Shown: piece by piece, positions 1 through 10,614 of the stretch | Numbering within the stretch: position 1 is the first letter of the stretch | Layout: every line of letters starts with the position of its first letter | Source of the DNA: a bacterium | Lineage (GTDB): Bacteria; Elusimicrobiota; Elusimicrobia; Elusimicrobiales; UBA9959 | NCBI GenBank assembly: GCA_021811405.1 | Contig: JAJZOZ010000003.1 | Location: forward strand, 1-59,319 | Length of the DNA: 59,319 bases | Direction of reading: 5' to 3' | The notes under the pieces: model-generated | Told to the model about the DNA's origin: nothing | Database searches by the model: none | The model's input: the letters and a program-made list of their open reading frames with translations, nothing else | Translations under genes and position numbers: made by a program

Positions 1-637
1 CTATGTCCCTGAAGAGGCGGCCCAGCTGGGGGGTATCGATGTTATGCTTGGTCACGAAGTCGTCGGAGATGCCCTTGCCGGAGCCGCGCCGCTCCTCCAC
101 CGGGTTTCCCTTGATCCAGCCGCTGCCGTGGTCCCAGAGTATCAGCATGAACTTCTTGGCCGGGAAGCGGCGCTCCGCCCAGAGGACGAAATCCTTGACG
201 GAGGCCGGGTCGCCCATGTCCACGGCCGAGGCGGTGCTCAGCACGCGGGAGGCGATGTTCACGGTGTCCGTATCCCTGGAGACCAGCACGCGGGCCAGCC
301 TGTTGTTGGACCGCTGCCCTATCTCCACGACCACGTTCACCCCGGGCGTGGAGCCCACCTGCTCCATCTCGTTGAGGTCGGCCAGGCCGTCGCCCTCCAG
401 GTTGTTCTTGCCGTTGAGGAAGACCATCACGGTCCATTCCTTGACCGCGGCGGCCCCGGAGTCGTCGGCGGGGAAATCCACGGCGACCGGCGCCGGCGCG
501 GCCGCGCGCGGGGCGGCCAGCTCCTGGCGGGCGTTCTCGAGCGCGTCGCGGAAACCCTGGCCGGTGAAATCCTGGGCGTAGAGGCCCCCTCCAGGGATTA
601 TGAGAGCTGCGATAACTGCTTTGAGCACGGTTTTCAT
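1..637 (-). CDS. Secreted clostripain-family (peptidase C11) cysteine protease, 3' end outside window
   Basis: Not in ORF track because it runs off the edge. Manual translation from ATG 637: MKTVLKAVIAALIIPGGGLYAQ (signal peptide)...KEWTVMVFLNGKNNLE...DMGDP...LILWDHGSGW (C11 catalytic-His motif). RBS AAGGAGG upstream. Confidence 0.85.
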   Translation of the reverse strand, partial: MKTVLKAVIAALIIPGGGLYAQDFTGQGFRDALENARQELAAPRAAAPAPVAVDFPADDSGAAAVKEWTVMVFLNGKNNLEGDGLADLNEMEQVGSTPGVNVVVEIGQRSNNRLARVLVSRDTDTVNIASRVLSTASAVDMGDPASVKDFVLWAERRFPAKKFMLILWDHGSGWIKGNPVEERRGSGKGISDDFVTKHNIDTPQLGRLFRDI

Positions 638-765
638 AAGGCCTCCTTTGGATGAATCTCGCTGAGATGTTGTACCACCAGGGTTGACGAATGTCAAAGT
701 GCTAAGGACCCTGCCCCTACTGGGTCTTTGGTCCCATTCCCGGCCCGTTTCGGTATAATAGAGGT

Positions 766-1218
766 ATGAAGGAATATTCCGAGCCCCGCATGCACACGGC
801 GGAGCACCTGCTGAACCAGACCATGGTCCGCATGTTCGGGCGCGGCCGGGCTTTCAGCTCGCATATAGAGCGTAAGCGGTCGAAGTGCGATTACCGCTTC
901 GACCGCGACCTCTCCGGCGAGGAGAAGGCGGAGCTGGAGCGTCGCGTGAACGAGGCGGTGCGCGCCGACCTGCCCGTCCGGGAGGAGTTCCTGTCCCCGG
1001 ACGAGGCCCGCAGGACGCTGGACCTCGGCCGCCTGCCGGAAGGCGCCGGGACGGATAAGGTGCGCGTAATAAGGATAGGCGATTACGACTCCTGCGCCTG
1101 CATAGGCCCTCACGTGCTTTCCACCGCGGAGATAGGGACATTCCGCATAATCTCCAGCAGCTTCGCCGAAGGCGTGCTGCGCATAAGGTTCAGGCTCGAT
1201 GCCCCCGGCGGCTCCTGA
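766..1218 (+). CDS. Free-standing AlaX/ThrRS-AlaRS SAD-type aminoacyl-tRNA editing protein
   Basis: HTAEHLL (HxxxH) and CACIGPHV (CxxxH) zinc-binding editing motifs, 150 aa. Confidence 0.8.
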   Translation: MKEYSEPRMHTAEHLLNQTMVRMFGRGRAFSSHIERKRSKCDYRFDRDLSGEEKAELERRVNEAVRADLPVREEFLSPDEARRTLDLGRLPEGAGTDKVRVIRIGDYDSCACIGPHVLSTAEIGTFRIISSSFAEGVLRIRFRLDAPGGS

Positions 1219-1234
1219 ACCGGGAAGCCGGGTG

Positions 1235-2178
<944 letters not shown>

Positions 2179-2182
<4 letters not shown>

Positions 2183-3012
2183 GGATATTCATGGCGGGCG
2201 GCCTCGGCTTCGTGGGAAAGGCGGTGGCCGACAGGCTGGCCGCGCACGAACTTATCATACCCACCCGGGACCTGGGCAAGCTGAAGGCTTCCGGCCTTAA
2301 GGGGGAGTTCCCGCTTTTTTCCGACGACCTGGCGGCGCTGGTACGGTCCGTCTCCCCGGATGTGGTAGTCAACCTGCTGGGCATAATAAGGGAGACGCCC
2401 GGCTCCGCTTTCGGCCTGGTGCACGTGGAGTACACGCGGCGCCTGCTGGCGGGCGCCAAGGCCGCCGGGGCGAAGAAATTCATACAGATGTCGGCGCTGG
2501 GCGCCGCCCCGGACGCTGCGTCCGCCTACCACCGCACCAAGTTCGAGGGCGAGGAGCTGGTGCGCGCTTCCGGCCTTCCTTACGTCATCTTCAGGCCTTC
2601 CTATATTACGGGTCCCGGCCAGGGGCTGAGGGCCGAGCTCAGGAAGCTGGCGCGGCTGGCGCCCGTCTTCGCGGCGCCCTCGGACGCCCTGCTGGCCCCG
2701 GTGGCCGCGGGGACCGTGGCGGATTGTTTCGGCAGGGCCGCGGAGGACCCGGCCGTGAAGGACGAGACCTTCGAGCTGGGCGGGGAGGAGGTCATCAGCT
2801 TCAGGGAGCTGCTGGCCCGGGAGCTGGCGGCCGAAGGCGTCCGGCGGCCGGTCATCGGCCTGCCGCGCCGCCTGTTCTACCCGCTGCTGCCGCTCTTCGC
2901 CCTGTTCGACCCGCCGCCCATGACGCGCGAGCAGTACCTGATGACCGCCCGGCCCAACGTCCCCTCCGGCCGCCTGCGCGGCGTCCGCGACCTGCTCGGC
3001 CGCCACGCTTAG
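2179..3012 (+). CDS. NAD(P)-dependent epimerase / NDUFA9-like extended SDR protein
   Basis: MRIFMAGGLGFVG Rossmann motif, MSALGA, YHRTK (YxxxK), FRPS. Real start is ATG 2179 overlapping the rluA stop, not 1288. Confidence 0.85.
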
Positions 3013-3076
3013 CGCGGGGCTGGCGTTCCGGGCCGGGGTCTGGTATGCTATATCCGGTTATTATAGGAGAACTTTT

Positions 3077-4096
3077 ATGAAGATCAAGTACCTGTTCATG
3101 GCCGCCGCGATCATAACGCCGGTCTATCTGCTCCTGGAGCCGGGCCCGGCCCGGCCGCCGGCGGACCTGCGGGACGCCGTTTCCGACGGGGCCTTCGGCG
3201 AGCTGAGCGGTTCCGGAGCGGCCTCGGCCGCGCCGGAGGTGCCGGCCCCGGAGACGGACCGCTCCTCGGCCAAGTCCATCTACGGCGACGACGACAGGCT
3301 GGACTATTACGAGGCGCCGGCGGACATGCGCGCGCTGGCCGATTCCGTGGTCTCGCTGTGGAACTCGCGCTGGGTGAGGGCGGACGGGGAGAAGGCGAAC
3401 CTCTTCACCGTACGCCTGGGGGCGGCCGAAAGCCTCTGTCCCGGGGAGAAGTTCGCCGACCAGCCCATAGGGGCTTTCTGTTCCGGCACCCTGGTGGGCG
3501 ACGATATCGTGATGACGGCCGGGCACTGCATCACGGACCAGGCGAAGTGCGACGCCACCAGGATGATCTTCGGCTTCTCGGTGCCGAGCGCGGGCGCGTA
3601 CCCGGCCTCCGTACCGCTGTCCGACGTCTATTCCTGCAAGTCCATCATCAAGCGCGACCTGGACACGCACCCCGGCTTCTTCGCCAGCGTCTTCAACGGC
3701 GGGCCCGGCCCGGATTTCGCGCTGGTGAGGCTGGACCGCAAAGTGGCCGGCCGCAGGCCGCTGCCCATACACAGGGGCGCGAAGCCCTCCGCCGGCGACC
3801 CGCTGTTCGTGATCGGCCACCCGGTGGGCCTGCCGGTCAAGGTGGCCGGCAACGCCAAAGTGCGCGACGCCTCCCCTAAGTATTTCTTCAAGGCGGACCT
3901 GGACACCTTCGGCGGCAACTCGGGCAGCGCGGTCTTCAACGCCCGCACCAGGCAGATAGAGGGCATACTGGTGCGCGGCGACACGGACTTCAAGCCTTCG
4001 CCGGCCGGCTGCAACGTGGCTGCCGTGATGCCGCAGGACGGCGGCAAGGGGGAGGCCGTCACCAAGATCTCGGTGCTGGAGAAGTATATACCTTAA
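3077..4096 (+). CDS. Secreted trypsin-like (S1B/V8-like) serine protease
   Basis: N-terminal hydrophobic segment, FCSGTLVG, TAGHC, DFALVRL, DTFGGNSGS catalytic triad motifs. Confidence 0.85.
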   Translation: MKIKYLFMAAAIITPVYLLLEPGPARPPADLRDAVSDGAFGELSGSGAASAAPEVPAPETDRSSAKSIYGDDDRLDYYEAPADMRALADSVVSLWNSRWVRADGEKANLFTVRLGAAESLCPGEKFADQPIGAFCSGTLVGDDIVMTAGHCITDQAKCDATRMIFGFSVPSAGAYPASVPLSDVYSCKSIIKRDLDTHPGFFASVFNGGPGPDFALVRLDRKVAGRRPLPIHRGAKPSAGDPLFVIGHPVGLPVKVAGNAKVRDASPKYFFKADLDTFGGNSGSAVFNARTRQIEGILVRGDTDFKPSPAGCNVAAVMPQDGGKGEAVTKISVLEKYIP

Positions 4097-4121
4097 AAAG
4101 GCAAGCCGCGCAGCGGCCGCA

Positions 4122-4150
4122 GGCCGCCGGGTCAGCCCGGCGGCCTTTTT
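4122..4150 (+). terminator. Rho-independent terminator
   Basis: ggccgccggg-tcag-cccggcggcc followed by T-tract. Confidence 0.75.
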
Positions 4151-4276
4151 CCTGCCTGGGAAATAGGGCCTACGGCCGGCCGGGACCAAAGGGAAAAATT
4201 TTATTGACTTTGCTCAATTGATTTTGCACAATTCCTGTTAGTTGTAAAACCTTTCGGCTGCAGAAGGAGCGACCAG

Positions 4277-5131
4277 ATGATGAAGACGATAGCGGCGGCG
4301 GTCCTGGCCCTGTCCATGACGCCCGCCAACGCGGCGAACATTACCTTTGACAACGCGGGCAGGAACGTGCTGCCCGCCGTGCGCGGGATGGAGATGCCTT
4401 CCCGCCCCGCCCCGGTGCTCGTGGCGGCCAGCGCCTCCGAGCGCTTCGGCTCCGAGAAGATAGTGGGCGGCATGGAAGCGTCCAAGGGCGAATTCCCCTT
4501 CATCGTCTCCCTGCAGGCCGGCTACTACGGCCACTTCTGCGGCGGCTCGCTGATCAGGAAGAACTGGGTGCTCACCGCGGCGCACTGCGTCGAGGGCGGC
4601 TACCTTAAGAGCGTCAAGATCGGCCTCTTCAACCAGGGCGACACCGCCGGCGTCGAGAACTTCACCGTGGCCGAGGTGGTCAAGAACCCGGGCTGGGACT
4701 CCAACACGATGGTCAACGACTTCGCGCTGATACGCCTGAACGGCGAGTCCAAGTACGCTCCGGTGAAGCTCAACTCGGCCGAGATAGCCGAGGGCACCGT
4801 CTTCACGACCGCCGGCTGGGGCACCACCAGCGAGAGCGGCAGCGTCTCCAAGAAGCTGCTGAAGGTCTCCGTTCCTTTCGTGAACAGGACCGAGTGCGAC
4901 GCCGCCTACCCGGGCAGCCTCGCCGACAGCATGATCTGCGCAGGCTACAAAGAGGGCGGCAAGGACTCCTGCCAGGGCGACAGCGGCGGCCCGCTGCTGA
5001 TGGGCTCCGGCTCCTCCCGCGTGCTCGCCGGCGTGGTGAGCTGGGGCGAGGGCTGCGCCCGCCCCAACAAGTACGGCGTCTACTCCAAGGTGAGCGGCGC
5101 CTACGACTGGATAAACAGCGTCGCGAAGTAA
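4277..5131 (+). CDS. Secreted trypsin-type (S1A) serine protease
   Basis: Signal peptide, KIVGG activation site, LTAAHC, NDFALI, DSCQGDSGGP (Asp S1 pocket), VSWGEGCA. Confidence 0.93.
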   Translation: MMKTIAAAVLALSMTPANAANITFDNAGRNVLPAVRGMEMPSRPAPVLVAASASERFGSEKIVGGMEASKGEFPFIVSLQAGYYGHFCGGSLIRKNWVLTAAHCVEGGYLKSVKIGLFNQGDTAGVENFTVAEVVKNPGWDSNTMVNDFALIRLNGESKYAPVKLNSAEIAEGTVFTTAGWGTTSESGSVSKKLLKVSVPFVNRTECDAAYPGSLADSMICAGYKEGGKDSCQGDSGGPLLMGSGSSRVLAGVVSWGEGCARPNKYGVYSKVSGAYDWINSVAK

Positions 5132-5149
5132 GCGGGACGCTTTCCGCGG

Positions 5150-5181
5150 AAAGGCCCGGCGCGAGCCGGGCCTTTTCTTTT
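5150..5181 (+). terminator. Rho-independent terminator
   Basis: aaggcccggc-gcga-gccgggcctt followed by T-tract. Confidence 0.8.
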
Positions 5182-5221
5182 GCGGGTCTTTGTGTTAGAC
5201 TTTAGCTATCCGGGAGGCAAT

Positions 5222-5761
5222 ATGAAATCAGCCAGGTATCTTTTTGCGGCGGTCTTCCTTTTCTCCGGCGTCTGCCGGCTTTCGGCCGACGAGGTCTCCG
5301 ACTCCGCCCGCGGGGCGGTAAAGGAGGCGGAGGCCAAGATACAGGCCGAGGTGGTCGCGCCCATACTGGGCCCGGGCAGGGCCTACGCCTTCCTGGAGGC
5401 CGAGGCCATAGTCAAGGTGACCAACGACGAGGTCACCAAGTCCGGGGTGGGCAAGACCAGGAAGTCCCGGAAGGCGGGCGAGGCCGAGAAAGGGGAGCAG
5501 GACGAGGCCGGCAGCATGCAGGAGCAGTCGGCGCGGCAGGAGAAGAACAGCTCGGAGAAGAAGAAACACGTTTCGCTGGAGCTCAGGAAGATGAAGCTGC
5601 GGGTGCTCTACGACAGCGCCTCGGTGGGGAAGCCCGCGCTGGAGGCCCTTAAGGCCGCCCTGCTGGGCCTGTATGCCGACAAGCTGGAGGCCGGGGACAT
5701 CGTCTTCGTGCCGGCGCCATTCTACCGCGGGAATTCCAATCCGGAGGCTTCGGCAGGGTAG
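5222..5761 (+). CDS. Hypothetical exported protein
   Basis: ATG 5222 with GGAGG RBS, signal-peptide-like N-terminus, charged middle. Confidence 0.65.
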   Translation: MKSARYLFAAVFLFSGVCRLSADEVSDSARGAVKEAEAKIQAEVVAPILGPGRAYAFLEAEAIVKVTNDEVTKSGVGKTRKSRKAGEAEKGEQDEAGSMQEQSARQEKNSSEKKKHVSLELRKMKLRVLYDSASVGKPALEALKAALLGLYADKLEAGDIVFVPAPFYRGNSNPEASAG

Positions 5762-5781
5762 CGCTGAAAGCAGCCTTCGGC

Positions 5782-5814
5782 AAGGCCGCCGGTCCACCGG
5801 CGGTCTTTTCTTTT
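5782..5814 (+). terminator. Rho-independent terminator
   Basis: aggccgccgg-tcca-ccggcggtct followed by T-tract. Confidence 0.7.
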
Positions 5815-5864
5815 GGGGCGGCCTGTATTGCCGGCCGGTCCGGTTTATTGATATCATTATCTAT

Positions 5865-6242
5865 ATGATTTCGAATTTTATCCTTTATGTCCGCGACCAG
5901 GCGAAAAGCCGCGAATTCTACGCCATTACTCTGGGCATGTCCCCGAGGCTGGACGTACCGGGGATGACCGAGTTCCAGCTTTCCGCGGGCTGCGTGCTGG
6001 GGCTGATGCCGGAGAAGGGCATAAAGCGCCTGCTGCCGGGCCTGCCGGACCCGGAGGCTGCCAGCGGGACGCCCAGGGCGGAGGTCTACCTGACGGTGGG
6101 CGATCCCGCGGCGTACCATGCCAGGGCCCTGGCGGCCGGGGCCCGGGAGCTGAGCCCGCTGGCGCCCAGGGACTGGGGGGACAAGGCGGCCTACAGCCTG
6201 GACCCGGACGGCCACGTGCTGGCCTTCGCGGCCCGCCAGTAG
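5865..6242 (+). CDS. VOC/glyoxalase-family protein
   Basis: ILYVRDQAKSREFY, DWG..AYSLDPDGHVL motifs; start at ATG 5865. Confidence 0.85.
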   Translation: MISNFILYVRDQAKSREFYAITLGMSPRLDVPGMTEFQLSAGCVLGLMPEKGIKRLLPGLPDPEAASGTPRAEVYLTVGDPAAYHARALAAGARELSPLAPRDWGDKAAYSLDPDGHVLAFAARQ

Positions 6243-6249
6243 AAAGCGC

Positions 6250-6278
6250 TTTACACCTCCGGCGAGTTTTGTTATAAT
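6250..6278 (+). promoter_or_regulatory. Sigma70-type promoter of ribosomal superoperon
   Basis: TTTACA (6250-6255), 17-nt spacer, TGn-TATAAT (6273-6278). Confidence 0.75.
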
Positions 6279-6284
6279 TATCCT

Positions 6285-6555
6285 GTAGTTGATCGCGGCT
6301 GCGCCGCGGTTTCTTTGAAAAGAAGTTTTTATTATTACGCCGCCGCGTTCTACGGAATACGGGCGGCGGCCCTATAGACGGAGCGGCCTTGATTCCCTCC
6401 GCCTGCGGGCTAATCATAGAAACGAGACATAAAGCAGTGCCATAACCGGAGCCGAAAGGTCCCGGCGCGGTTCGTTCGTCGTCTTCCGGAAACCGGGAGC
6501 ACCGGCGTCGTCGCCGGTCTTCCCGACGTGAAGGCCAAGCAAGGAGCGCAGAACT
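6285..6555 (+). promoter_or_regulatory. Long structured 5' leader of rplC (candidate ribosomal-protein leader RNA)
   Basis: No + strand ORF in the track; several hairpins, e.g. ccggagcc-gaaa-ggtcccgg, cttccgg-aaa-ccgggag, accggcg-tcgt-cgccggt. Confidence 0.5.
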
Positions 6556-7344
6556 ATGACAGAAGAGAACAAAGAGAACACGGCCCCCGAGGCGAAGCCC
6601 GAGGTCCAGCAGCTTCCCCCGGCGCATAAATTTCTGATCGGCGAGAAGATGGGCATGACCCAGGTCTTCGACGCCGCCGGCAACCTGCACGCGGTCACCG
6701 TCGTGAAGGCCGGCCCCTGCCGCGTGGCCTACACCCGCACGCAGGAAAAGGACGGCTACCAGGCCGTCTGTCTCGGCTTCGGCCACAAGAAGGAAAAGAA
6801 CTCCCTCAAGGCCGAGCTCGGCCTCGCCAAGAAGCTCGGCACGCCGGCCCTGAAGTACCTCAAGGAATTCCGCGTGGCCGACCTCGCCGGCGCCGCCCAG
6901 GGCCAGACGGCCGGGGTGGAGCGCTTCGCCGAGGGCGAGTGGGTGGACCTGCAGGGCGTCTCCAAGGGCCACGGCTGGGCCGGCGCGATGAAGCGCCACA
7001 ACTTCCGCGGCCAGCCCGCCAGCCACGGCGCCAGCGACCGCGAGCGCGCCCCGGGTTCCCTCGGTTCCCGCCGCTCCCTGGGCCGCGTGCTCCCCGGCCA
7101 GCGCATGGCCGGCCACTGGGGCGTAGAGACCGTCTCCGTGCAGAAGGTGAAGATCATAAAAGTGATCCCCGAGGAGAACCTGATCCTCGTGAACAGCGGC
7201 ATCCCCGGCGCCGCCGGCAGCATCGTGCACATCACTCTGACCAACAAGCGCGTCCCCAAGCCGGTGGTTGCCGCAGCCAAGGCCAAGGGCAAGAAGGACG
7301 CCAAGCCCGCCGCCAAGAAGCCGGCCGCGCCGGCCAAGAAATAA
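6556..7344 (+). CDS. rplC: 50S ribosomal protein L3
   Basis: GEKMGMTQVF, DGYQAV, SKGHGWAGAMKRHNF, GQRMAGHWG. Confidence 0.98.
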   Translation: MTEENKENTAPEAKPEVQQLPPAHKFLIGEKMGMTQVFDAAGNLHAVTVVKAGPCRVAYTRTQEKDGYQAVCLGFGHKKEKNSLKAELGLAKKLGTPALKYLKEFRVADLAGAAQGQTAGVERFAEGEWVDLQGVSKGHGWAGAMKRHNFRGQPASHGASDRERAPGSLGSRRSLGRVLPGQRMAGHWGVETVSVQKVKIIKVIPEENLILVNSGIPGAAGSIVHITLTNKRVPKPVVAAAKAKGKKDAKPAAKKPAAPAKK

Positions 7345-7362
7345 GGCCAGGGAGGAACTAAC

Positions 7363-7989
7363 ATGGAAACCAAGCTCTTCGACCTGAAAGGACAGGAAGT
7401 CGGCAAGTTCAGCCTGCCGGCCGAGATATTCTCCGCCAAGCCGGACGCCCACTTCATCCACGAAGTGGTGAAGTACTACCTCGCCAACAAGCACCGCGGC
7501 ACCGCCTGCACCAAGACCCGCTCCGAGATCTCCGGCGGCGGCAAGAAGCCCTGGAAGCAGAAGGGCACCGGCCGCGCCCGCGCCGGCTCCACCCGCTCCC
7601 CGCTCTGGCGCAAGGGCGGCGTGGTGTTCGGCCCGAAGCCCCGCTCTTTCCGCCAGTACCTGCCGCAGCAGAAGCTGCGCCAGGCCCTGCTCGAGGCCCT
7701 CTCCTCCCGCGCCGCCGACGGCGCCGTGGTGGTCATAGAGAACCTGGCCCTCGAAGCCGCCAAGACCAAGTCGCTGAACGCGCTGCGCAAGGGCCTCGGC
7801 GCGAAGAACGTGCTGTTCGTCACCGACAAGATGGACAAGAACTTCCGCGTGGCCGCCAAGAACCTGCCCGACTTCGGGTGGTGCCTGGCGCAGAACCTGA
7901 ACGCCTACGAGGCGATGCGGAACTCCAAGCTGGTTTTCACCGCCGCCGGCCTGAAGGTCCTGGCCGACAGCGTCAAGGAGGCAAAATGA
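7363..7989 (+). CDS. rplD: 50S ribosomal protein L4
   Basis: TKTRSEISGGGKKPWKQKGTGRARAGSTRSPLW. Confidence 0.98.
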   Translation: METKLFDLKGQEVGKFSLPAEIFSAKPDAHFIHEVVKYYLANKHRGTACTKTRSEISGGGKKPWKQKGTGRARAGSTRSPLWRKGGVVFGPKPRSFRQYLPQQKLRQALLEALSSRAADGAVVVIENLALEAAKTKSLNALRKGLGAKNVLFVTDKMDKNFRVAAKNLPDFGWCLAQNLNAYEAMRNSKLVFTAAGLKVLADSVKEAK

Positions 7990-8276
7990 ACTTTACCGAA
8001 GTGCTGATAGCCCCCATCCTCAGCGAGAAGAGCGTTATCACGAAGGACGAGCAGAACCGCTACACCTTCCGCGTCAACCCGAAGGCCACCAAGCCCGAGA
8101 TCAAGAAGGCCGTTGAGACCCTTTTCAAGGTGAAGGTCTCGACGGTGCGCACCGCGATGCTCCCGGGCAAGCTGCACCGCGTCGGCCGCTACGAGGGCTA
8201 CCGCTCCGACTGGAAGAAGGCGATAGTCACGGTCAAGGCCGGACAGAAGATAGACATGACGGACCTGCCGAAGTAA
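7986..8276 (+). CDS. rplW: 50S ribosomal protein L23
   Basis: PILSEKS, YTFRV, ATKPEIKKAVE, WKKAIVT; ATG 7986. Confidence 0.97.
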   Translation: MNFTEVLIAPILSEKSVITKDEQNRYTFRVNPKATKPEIKKAVETLFKVKVSTVRTAMLPGKLHRVGRYEGYRSDWKKAIVTVKAGQKIDMTDLPK

Positions 8277-8308
8277 GGCCGGCCGGAGAAAAATAGGAAG
8301 AGAAAGAT

Positions 8309-9148
8309 ATGCCTATAAAATCATACAGACCCTACACCCCCTCGAGGCGCACGATGCAGATGGCCGATTACTCGGACATCACCAAGCTCGAGCCCGAGAA
8401 GCGGCTGGCGACCGGCCTGCGCAAGCACGGCGGCCGCAACAACACCGGCATGGTCATGGTCCGCCACCACGGCGGCGGCCACCGCCGGCGCTACCGCGTG
8501 ATAGATTTCAAGCGCGAGAAGTTCGGCGTGCCCGCGAAGGTCACGGCGATCGAGTACGACCCCAACCGCAACGCCCGCATAGCCCTGCTGGTCTACGCGG
8601 ACGGCGACAAGCGCTACATCCCGGCCCCGCTGGGCTTAGGCGTGGGCGCCGTCGTGATGAGCGGCCCGAAGGCCGAGATCAAGATGGGCAACGCGCTGCC
8701 GATGGCCAGCATCCCCGACGGTACCTTCATCCACGCCATCGAGATGATCCCCGGCAAGGGCGCTCAGTTCGTGCGCGCGGCCGGCACCCAGGCGCAGCTG
8801 ATGGCCAAGGAGGGCGACTACGCCCTCGTCAAGATGCCGTCCGGCGAGATCCGCAAGGTGCTCAAGAACTGCATGGCCACGATCGGCCAGGTGGGCAACA
8901 TCGAGCACAACACGATCACCCTCGGCAAGGCGGGCCGCAAGCGCCACCTGGGCATCCGCCCGACGGTGCGCGGCGCCGCGATGAACGCCGTGGACCACCC
9001 GCTCGGCGGCGGCCGCGGCCATTCCAAGGGCAACAACGTGCCCCGCTCCCCCTGGAACCAGCCTTCCAAGGGCTTCAAGACGAGGACCAAGTCCAAGATC
9101 TGGAGCTGGATGATAGTGCAGGACCGCCGCAAGTCGACGGCCGCGTAA
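8309..9148 (+). CDS. rplB: 50S ribosomal protein L2
   Basis: [33 protein letters not shown]. Confidence 0.99.
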   Translation: MPIKSYRPYTPSRRTMQMADYSDITKLEPEKRLATGLRKHGGRNNTGMVMVRHHGGGHRRRYRVIDFKREKFGVPAKVTAIEYDPNRNARIALLVYADGDKRYIPAPLGLGVGAVVMSGPKAEIKMGNALPMASIPDGTFIHAIEMIPGKGAQFVRAAGTQAQLMAKEGDYALVKMPSGEIRKVLKNCMATIGQVGNIEHNTITLGKAGRKRHLGIRPTVRGAAMNAVDHPLGGGRGHSKGNNVPRSPWNQPSKGFKTRTKSKIWSWMIVQDRRKSTAA

Positions 9149-9163
9149 CGGAGGAAATGAGAA

Positions 9164-9451
9164 ATGAGCAGATCTTCTAAAAAAGGCCCCTACGTGGACC
9201 AGAAGCTCCTGGCAAAGGTCCAGGCCGCCGCGCAGAGCGGCGCGAAGACGCAGATCAAGACCTGGTCCCGCGCCTGCACGATAACCCCCGACTTCGTCGG
9301 GCAGACGCTGCTGGTGCACAACGGCCGCAAGTTCCTGCCGGTCTACGTCACCGAGCGCATGGTAGGCCACAAGCTGGGCGAGTTCTCGTTCCCGCGGCTG
9401 TTCAAGGGCCACGGCGCCTCGCATACCAAGGAAGCGAACGCCCTGACCTAA
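9164..9451 (+). CDS. rpsS: 30S ribosomal protein S19
   Basis: [28 protein letters not shown]. Confidence 0.98.
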   Translation: MSRSSKKGPYVDQKLLAKVQAAAQSGAKTQIKTWSRACTITPDFVGQTLLVHNGRKFLPVYVTERMVGHKLGEFSFPRLFKGHGASHTKEANALT

Positions 9452-9482
9452 GGGACGACAGCCTAATTAACGGAGAGATATT

Positions 9483-9851
9483 ATGGACGCTAAATGCCAT
9501 CTTAAATACCAGCGCTACGGCCGCCGCAAGGTAGCCCAGCTGCTAGACCAGGTGAGGGGCAAGTCCCTTTACGAGGCCCAGTACATCCTGGCCGCCCTCC
9601 CGAGGCGGGCCACCGACGTCGTCGGCAAGGCCATCAAGTCCGCGGGCGCCAACCTGTCGGTCAAGCTCGGCAGGAAGCTGGACCTCAAGCAGGTCTGGGT
9701 CACCGAGTGCTTCTCCGACCAGGGGCCGATGAAGTTCCTGCGCCGCGTGCAGCCCGGCCCGCAGGGCCGCGCGATGCCGTTCAAGCGCAAGATGTGCCAC
9801 ATCAGCGTGGTCGTCTCCGACACGAAGAAGAAGTCCAAGGAGAGCAACTAA
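9483..9851 (+). CDS. rplV: 50S ribosomal protein L22
   Basis: RKV..LLDQVRGK, KAIKSA.AN, DQGP, GRA, HISVVV; operon position. Confidence 0.95.
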   Translation: MDAKCHLKYQRYGRRKVAQLLDQVRGKSLYEAQYILAALPRRATDVVGKAIKSAGANLSVKLGRKLDLKQVWVTECFSDQGPMKFLRRVQPGPQGRAMPFKRKMCHISVVVSDTKKKSKESN

Positions 9852-9852
9852 T

Positions 9853-10590
9853 ATGGGTCAGAAAATACATCCCAAGGGCCTCAGGCTCGGCTATATCCAG
9901 GACTGGCAGTCCCGCTGGTTCTCGCCCAAGAAGATGCCCGAGCTGATCCGCGAGGACTTCGAGATCCGGCACATGGTGGCCGAGCGCTTCGCCACCGCCT
10001 CCGTCAGCACGGTGGACATAGAGCGCGCCGGCGCGTACCTGAAGGTCACGATCCACACCGCCCGCCCGGGCGTGGTGATCGGCCGCAAGGGCGCCGACAT
10101 CGAGGCCCTGAAGAAGGCCGTCGAGCGCCTGACCCGCCGCAAGGTCTTCATCAACGTCTCCGAGATCAAGATCCCCGAGCTCGACGCCCACCTTGTCGGG
10201 CAGAGCGTCGCCCAGCAGCTCGAGAAGCGCATCAGCTTCAAGCGCGCGATCAAGCGCGCGATGGAGCGCACGATGAGCTCCGGCGCCCTGGGCATAAAGG
10301 TGATGGCCTCCGGCCGCCTCGGCGGCGCCGAGATCGCCCGCCGCGAGTGGTACCGCAAGGGCCGCGTGCCGCTGCAGACGATATCGGCCGACATCGATTA
10401 CGGTCTCACCGAGGCTCACACCTCGATGGGCAAGATCGGCATAAAGGTCTGGATCTTCAAGAAGCTGTTCTTCGCGAAGACGCCCCGCGAGCTGCGCGAG
10501 CAGCTGATGAAGCTGGAGGCCGAGAACCCCAGCGAGGTCCCGGTGATGGACGAGGCCGCTGCCGCGCGCCGCGAGCAGCCGTCCGCCTGA
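9853..10590 (+). CDS. rpsC: 30S ribosomal protein S3
   Basis: MGQKIHPKGLRLG, TARPGVVIG, SGRLGGAEIAR, GRVPLQT. Confidence 0.98.
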   Translation: MGQKIHPKGLRLGYIQDWQSRWFSPKKMPELIREDFEIRHMVAERFATASVSTVDIERAGAYLKVTIHTARPGVVIGRKGADIEALKKAVERLTRRKVFINVSEIKIPELDAHLVGQSVAQQLEKRISFKRAIKRAMERTMSSGALGIKVMASGRLGGAEIARREWYRKGRVPLQTISADIDYGLTEAHTSMGKIGIKVWIFKKLFFAKTPRELREQLMKLEAENPSEVPVMDEAAAARREQPSA

Positions 10591-10614
10591 GAGCTTTAGC
10601 CAAGGAGCATAACC

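Noticed and set aside
3-655. Plus-strand ORFs 3-581 and 44-655
   Set aside because: Antisense to the clostripain-like gene, which has clear motifs and an RBS
6243-6555. Possible degenerate rpsJ in the gap before rplC
   Set aside because: No S10-like translation found, and the region contains promoter and hairpins instead
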